64,000 nt of DNA from Trueperaceae bacterium (GTDB taxonomy: Bacteria; Deinococcota; Deinococci; Deinococcales; Trueperaceae), in contig OZ243927.1 in NCBI GenBank assembly GCA_965213925.1, positions 2,848,001 through 2,912,000 on the forward strand. Direction: 5' to 3'. The notes under the pieces were generated by a model. The model saw only the letters and a list, made by a program, of their open reading frames with translations. It was not told the origin of the DNA and did not search any database. Made by a program: the position numbers and the translations under genes. This document shows positions 59,689 through 64,000 of this stretch, piece after piece (the first letter of the stretch is position 1; the number at the start of each line of letters is the position of its first letter).

Positions 59689-61209
59689 ATGTTGAACCCA
59701 CCCTGGTCAAGGCGTAAACCGCAGAAAGGTGTCAAGGTGAAGGTCGGCCAGGCTGAAAGGTGGCTGACGTTGGCTACCGGTTTCGCGTTGCTCACCTTGT
59801 CAAACGGACGCTTTGCCGTACCGATAGCTGCTTGGCTCGCCCCTATTTTTCTCCTGCGCTTCATGCGTGGCGGCGGGGCAAGGCGGGGTTTGCTTGTCTA
59901 CGGCGCGCTGTTCGCCAGCTTTATGGTGATGTGGCCCGGCTGGATTCCCGTACCCCCTGCCATGTTTCTAGTCATGGCAGCCAGCCTCAGTCTTTTTCAA
60001 CTTTTACCGTTTCTCGTTGATAGCTGGCTCAGCCATAGACTACCCGCTTTTGCGGCCACCTTTGGTTTGCCGACAGCTACTGTTGCCTTTAACTACACCA
60101 TGTCCACATTTTCACCCTATGGTACAAACGCAGATATCGCCTATTCGCAGGCGGGTGTGCTCGAGCTGACCCAACTGCTCTCTGTTACAGGTATTCATGG
60201 CGTGACCTTTTTACTGTACTGGTTTGCCGCCACGGTAGCCGGTGTCTGGGCGGACGGCTTGAGCCGCCCTTGTTACCCCCGCATGCTGACGATGCTCGGG
60301 TGTCTCGCCGCCCTTTTTATCGCGGGCGGCTTGCGTAGCGAGCTACCGGCACCAACTAAAACGGTCCGTGTCGCGGCTGTCGTGAGCGACCAGGGCGCGC
60401 TTTACGAAGCTATCGGCACAACCGGCTTCGACCTTCACGCGGCTACGCCGACGCCGCCGGAGGTGCGTTTACTGATCGAGGCGCATCACGACGACCTGTT
60501 CGAGCGTAGCGAACGAGAGGCCAGGGCAGGCGCGAAGATCATCGCCTGGGCTGAGGGGGACGCTCTCGTACGCCGAGGGGAAGAAGCGGCGATGTTTGGG
60601 CGTGCCGCCGCACTCTCTAAGCGCTATGAGATTTACTTGATCGTCGCCGCTGCAACCGTCGTTCCCGGTCAACCGCTGGTCGAAAACAAACTGGTGACGT
60701 TTGGTCCTAGCGGCGCGCAAATCGGTGAGTACTTTAAGACGAAGATCGTTCCAGGAGATACGAATGTGGTAGGCGACGGCAACATGCTCGTGCTAGACAC
60801 CGCGTACGGCCGTATTGCCCAAGCTATCTGTTTCGACCTGGACTTTCCCGCGTTTGCCCGTCAAGCAGGAGCTGCGGACGCCGATATAATTATTGCGCCC
60901 TCGAGCGATTGGCAGGCCATCAACCCGTACCACAGCTTGATGGCTTCTTTTCGCGGCGTCGAAAACGGCACTTCGGTCGTGAGGCCCACCCACCGTGGCC
61001 GCTCGCTCGCCAGCGATTATCAGGGCCGCGTTTTAGCGCAAACCGACTACTTTCAGACCACACCGCCCACGATGGTCGCCGACGTTCCTATCCAGGGAGT
61101 AAAGACCCTTTATGCCCGCTTCGGTGACTGGTTTGCCTGGCTCAGTATAATCGTCTTAGCCGGATTGACCCTTTGGGCGCGCCAAACACCTGTTGCCATG
61201 ACAAGGTGA
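59689..61209 (+). CDS. Apolipoprotein N-acyltransferase-like membrane nitrilase
   Basis: TM N-terminus; WAEG, YFK, ICFD catalytic E-K-C; RGVENG. Confidence 0.82.
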   Translation: MLNPPWSRRKPQKGVKVKVGQAERWLTLATGFALLTLSNGRFAVPIAAWLAPIFLLRFMRGGGARRGLLVYGALFASFMVMWPGWIPVPPAMFLVMAASLSLFQLLPFLVDSWLSHRLPAFAATFGLPTATVAFNYTMSTFSPYGTNADIAYSQAGVLELTQLLSVTGIHGVTFLLYWFAATVAGVWADGLSRPCYPRMLTMLGCLAALFIAGGLRSELPAPTKTVRVAAVVSDQGALYEAIGTTGFDLHAATPTPPEVRLLIEAHHDDLFERSEREARAGAKIIAWAEGDALVRRGEEAAMFGRAAALSKRYEIYLIVAAATVVPGQPLVENKLVTFGPSGAQIGEYFKTKIVPGDTNVVGDGNMLVLDTAYGRIAQAICFDLDFPAFARQAGAADADIIIAPSSDWQAINPYHSLMASFRGVENGTSVVRPTHRGRSLASDYQGRVLAQTDYFQTTPPTMVADVPIQGVKTLYARFGDWFAWLSIIVLAGLTLWARQTPVAMTR

Positions 61210-61289
61210 GGGCTCGAGCCTTCAACCTGAACCGCTAATCGCGGCGTCGCGATAGGTTCACTAGACCACTCGGAGAGGCTGACAGTCTG

Positions 61290-62534
61290 ATGATCAAACC
61301 ACCCTTGCTTGCGCGCGCCGTGCTCAACGCCCGCACGCTGGCCTTTCTGCTCGTCGGCGCAGGGATTTTCGGCATTGTGGCGAGTATGGTGCCGACGCTT
61401 TTTACAGCGTCACTTGCGCCTGCAACCCTTTACGCAGCGGTTTTGCTGAGCGCCTGCTTGTGCTGGGCGCTTATACTCGCCGTTTTGTCGCAACACCGGG
61501 CTCTGCGGCTGCACCTGACGCTTTTAGGGGGCGCGGCTTGCATCATAGCGATGTTTTGGCTTCAACCCGAACAGTTCGGTAACGTGTTCATCTTCTTTTT
61601 TATGTTGGGGGGCGTTGCCGCCGTGCTATTGCCGTTACCGCAAGCGTTGCCCTGGGAAGTCCTTTTTTACCTACTGACCCTGCTCAATGCTTGGCTGGCT
61701 TTTGGGCTCGGCGGTTTGTCGGGTTGGTACGGAGCAGTTGGGGCGTATATATTTTTCGGGATTTTTGGTTTCATCCTTCAGCAAGCGGATAGCAACTTTA
61801 GGCGCAATGTGGAACTGTATGACGAATTGCAAAGCGCACATGAGCAGCTGCGGCGCTACGCGCAGCAAGAGCAGCAGCTCGCCGTCGCCGAGGAACGCAA
61901 CCGTTTAGCGCGTGAGATGCACGATTCGTTGGGGCACCAGTTGACCGTCGTGATGATGCAACTGGAGGGGGCGCAGCGCCTCGCACAGAGCGACCCGGCG
62001 CACGCAGCCCAGCTCACCGCCAGCGCACGTCGGCAGCTTAAAGAGGCGATGAACGAACTGCGCAACCTGCTCAACACCTTGCGCACTACCCCCGAGGACG
62101 ACGGGAGTAACGCCTCGCTACCAAAAAAGGATACAGCAGCAAGTCTCGAGCACCTCATCGACACGTTCGCCCTGGCGACAGGTTTGCATATCTCCTTTCA
62201 AGCGTCGGCGTTGCCAACACTACCTGCTGCCGTTGCACAAGCCATCTACCGAACGGTACAAGAAGGTCTGACCAACGTCCACCGACATGCGTCCGCAGAG
62301 CGTGCGTGGGTGACTCTGGAAACTTCGGGCGATATGCTCAGGGTGCGCATAGATGATGACGGTGTGGGATTTGGATCGAGCGAGAAAGACGGCTCGTTTG
62401 GTCTTATCGGCTTGCAAGAGAGAGCGGCGGCGGTAGGGGGCAACTTAACTCTTACAGCGCGTGCGGGGGGCGGAACCACCCTCCGTTTTGACATCGAAGA
62501 CGTACGGGAAGATGTGCGGGGCAAGCGTGAATAA
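61290..62534 (+). CDS. HisKA_3 sensor histidine kinase
   Basis: EERNRLAREMHDSLGH, QEGLTNV.RH, DDGVGF, FGLIGLQER. Confidence 0.93.
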   Translation: MIKPPLLARAVLNARTLAFLLVGAGIFGIVASMVPTLFTASLAPATLYAAVLLSACLCWALILAVLSQHRALRLHLTLLGGAACIIAMFWLQPEQFGNVFIFFFMLGGVAAVLLPLPQALPWEVLFYLLTLLNAWLAFGLGGLSGWYGAVGAYIFFGIFGFILQQADSNFRRNVELYDELQSAHEQLRRYAQQEQQLAVAEERNRLAREMHDSLGHQLTVVMMQLEGAQRLAQSDPAHAAQLTASARRQLKEAMNELRNLLNTLRTTPEDDGSNASLPKKDTAASLEHLIDTFALATGLHISFQASALPTLPAAVAQAIYRTVQEGLTNVHRHASAERAWVTLETSGDMLRVRIDDDGVGFGSSEKDGSFGLIGLQERAAAVGGNLTLTARAGGGTTLRFDIEDVREDVRGKRE

Positions 62535-63180
62535 AACCATCCGGGTCATGATTGTCGACGACCAGAGACTGATTCGCCAAGGTCTAAAGCTGCTTCTCGA
62601 ACTCGAGCCTGACATCACCGTTGTCGCTGAAGCTGAAAATGGACAGGACGCCCTTGACCTGTTCTCCCAGACCCATCCTGATGTCGTTCTGATGGACGTG
62701 CAGATGCCCATCTTAGACGGAGTGAAAGCGACGCGCGTACTCACAGAACGTTTCACTGATACAAATGTTATTGTGCTGACCACCTTTAACAAAGACCACT
62801 ACGTGATAGAGGCGGTGCAAGCAGGTGCCAAAGGCTTTTTACTCAAAGACAGTTCCGGTGAAGAGATCGCCGCAGCTGTTCGCGCTGTCAGGCAAGGTAA
62901 AGCGATGATCGACCCAGCCGCCGCCAACGCCCTTTTTGAGGCTGTCTCTCACGCCCCACCACCCTCACAACCCTCGCAACCGATGACAGAACCTCTTTCA
63001 GGTCGAGAAATAGCCGTTTTGCGGCTGGTTGCTGGCGGTATGACCAACGCTCAGATTGCGGCTGAACTCAGGCTTGCCGACGGGACAGTTAAAAATTACG
63101 TCAGCGCCATTATCCAGAAAACAGCAAGCCGAGACCGCACCGAAGCTGCTGTCAAAGCGCGCACGTTGGGGTTGATTTGA
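62527..63180 (+). CDS. NarL/LuxR-family response regulator
   Basis: IVDDQ, VLMD.QMP, LTTF, FLLKD, LS.RE..VL..VA.G.TN.QIA; GTG 62527. Confidence 0.93.
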   Translation: MNKTIRVMIVDDQRLIRQGLKLLLELEPDITVVAEAENGQDALDLFSQTHPDVVLMDVQMPILDGVKATRVLTERFTDTNVIVLTTFNKDHYVIEAVQAGAKGFLLKDSSGEEIAAAVRAVRQGKAMIDPAAANALFEAVSHAPPPSQPSQPMTEPLSGREIAVLRLVAGGMTNAQIAAELRLADGTVKNYVSAIIQKTASRDRTEAAVKARTLGLI

Positions 63181-63360
63181 TAGGCAAGCATTCACCCCTA
63201 AGGTTCCCCTAGTTCTGTCTGACCGCGTGTGCTTAGCGATGATTTTAATCGCCAATCCTTGTGCGGTAGATGCGCACGTCTGTGGCACAATATCCTACCT
63301 GCACCTGGCGCTGGTCGAGCTGGACCTCTATAGTGAGGCAGGGGCGACGAGGAGATTATA

Positions 63361-64000
63361 GTGCAACATGCCTACGGTCTGGACATCCCGCAAACCCTCG
63401 AAGAGACGCTCTCCCCACAACGCACCGCCCTTATCGTTTACGATATGCAACGAGGTATCTTGCAGCAGCTCCCACACGGCGCTGAGGTCCTTGAAAAGGT
63501 ACGTCAAGTGCTAGACGCCGCCCGCGCATCCTCCATGCGCGTCTTTTTTATGCGGCACCTGTCGCTGCCTAAAGAAGCCACCGGCGTGTTCGGGCTCCAC
63601 ATGGCGATGCGCTGGCAGCGCGTTACCAAGGTCGAGGACGTGCAGCCTTGGTTTCTGCGCGACTCACCGGGGTTCCCTATCACACCTGAACTCGAGCCCC
63701 GCGCCAGCGAAGTTATCTTCGATAAGATCACCATGTCAGCCTTTGAGGGGACACCTCTTAACATCGCTCTGCGCGACTGCGACATCAACAGCTTCGTCAT
63801 CGTTGGTGTGGCGACAGAAATAGGCATCGACCCAACCGTGCGGCACGGCGCGGACCTGGGCTTTTTACCTGTCATCGTGCGCGACGCTTGTGGCGCGGGG
63901 CACCACGAGGCGGGCGAGCGCGCCTTGGAAAGTCTCGCCTTCGCGGGGGACGCGATCTTCACGGATACCCTTACCATAACCGACCTACTCGCCAAGTACC
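63361..64000 (+). CDS. Isochorismatase-family cysteine hydrolase (3' end outside window)
   Basis: Not in ORF track; RBS GAGGAG, GTG 63361; RTALIVYDMQ, DKITMSAFEGT, GVATEIG, DLGF..V.V.DAC. Confidence 0.9.
   Translation, partial: MQHAYGLDIPQTLEETLSPQRTALIVYDMQRGILQQLPHGAEVLEKVRQVLDAARASSMRVFFMRHLSLPKEATGVFGLHMAMRWQRVTKVEDVQPWFLRDSPGFPITPELEPRASEVIFDKITMSAFEGTPLNIALRDCDINSFVIVGVATEIGIDPTVRHGADLGFLPVIVRDACGAGHHEAGERALESLAFAGDAIFTDTLTITDLLAKY

Noticed and set aside
63504..63995. 163-aa minus ORF, 16-435 plus ORF and other overlapping short ORFs
   Set aside because: Shadow ORFs of real genes in GC-rich DNA
39986..64000. attR copy of tRNA-Arg 3' end
   Set aside because: Not found by eye; island end left undefined

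Overview
GC-rich bacterial chromosome segment, most likely Deinococcota (Truepera/Trueperaceae-like). This is inferred from a Thermus-type askAB aspartokinase, many leaderless genes with a TAnnnT -10 box 5-7 nt before the start codon, and CTCGAG over-representation. 1-39.5 kb is mostly core genome: ABC exporter, ppc, YmdB, a cation-chloride cotransporter, dxs, holB, a frameshifted ask, CHRD/fasciclin lipoproteins, a HEPN-motif+CBS protein, a DUF1998 helicase, a sulfolipid sqdB/sqdX pair, an internalin-like LRR lipoprotein, dxr and DUF1800/DUF1501. A tRNA-Ser(TGA)/Ser(GCT)/Arg(ACG) operon follows. Directly behind tRNA-Arg starts an integrated element: intact tyrosine integrase, paired palindromic operators, an excisionase-like gene broken by a 5-bp duplication, a CHC2/TOPRIM primase with a GGTGCAG iteron cluster, and an AAA helicase cut by an IS5. 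Its cargo is a glycosylation-like triad, a HEPN-motif protein, a VbhA-like antitoxin plus a FIC protein with a Bartonella Bep-like OB-type tail bracketed by IS630 ends, and an IS630 relic repeatedly hit by tiny hairpin insertions. The right part holds an MDR oxidoreductase, a serine hydrolase, yejABEF, an Lnt-like protein, a two-component pair and a partial isochorismatase. No CRISPR array, rRNA or attR copy was seen. All family calls come from motif recognition, not database searches.
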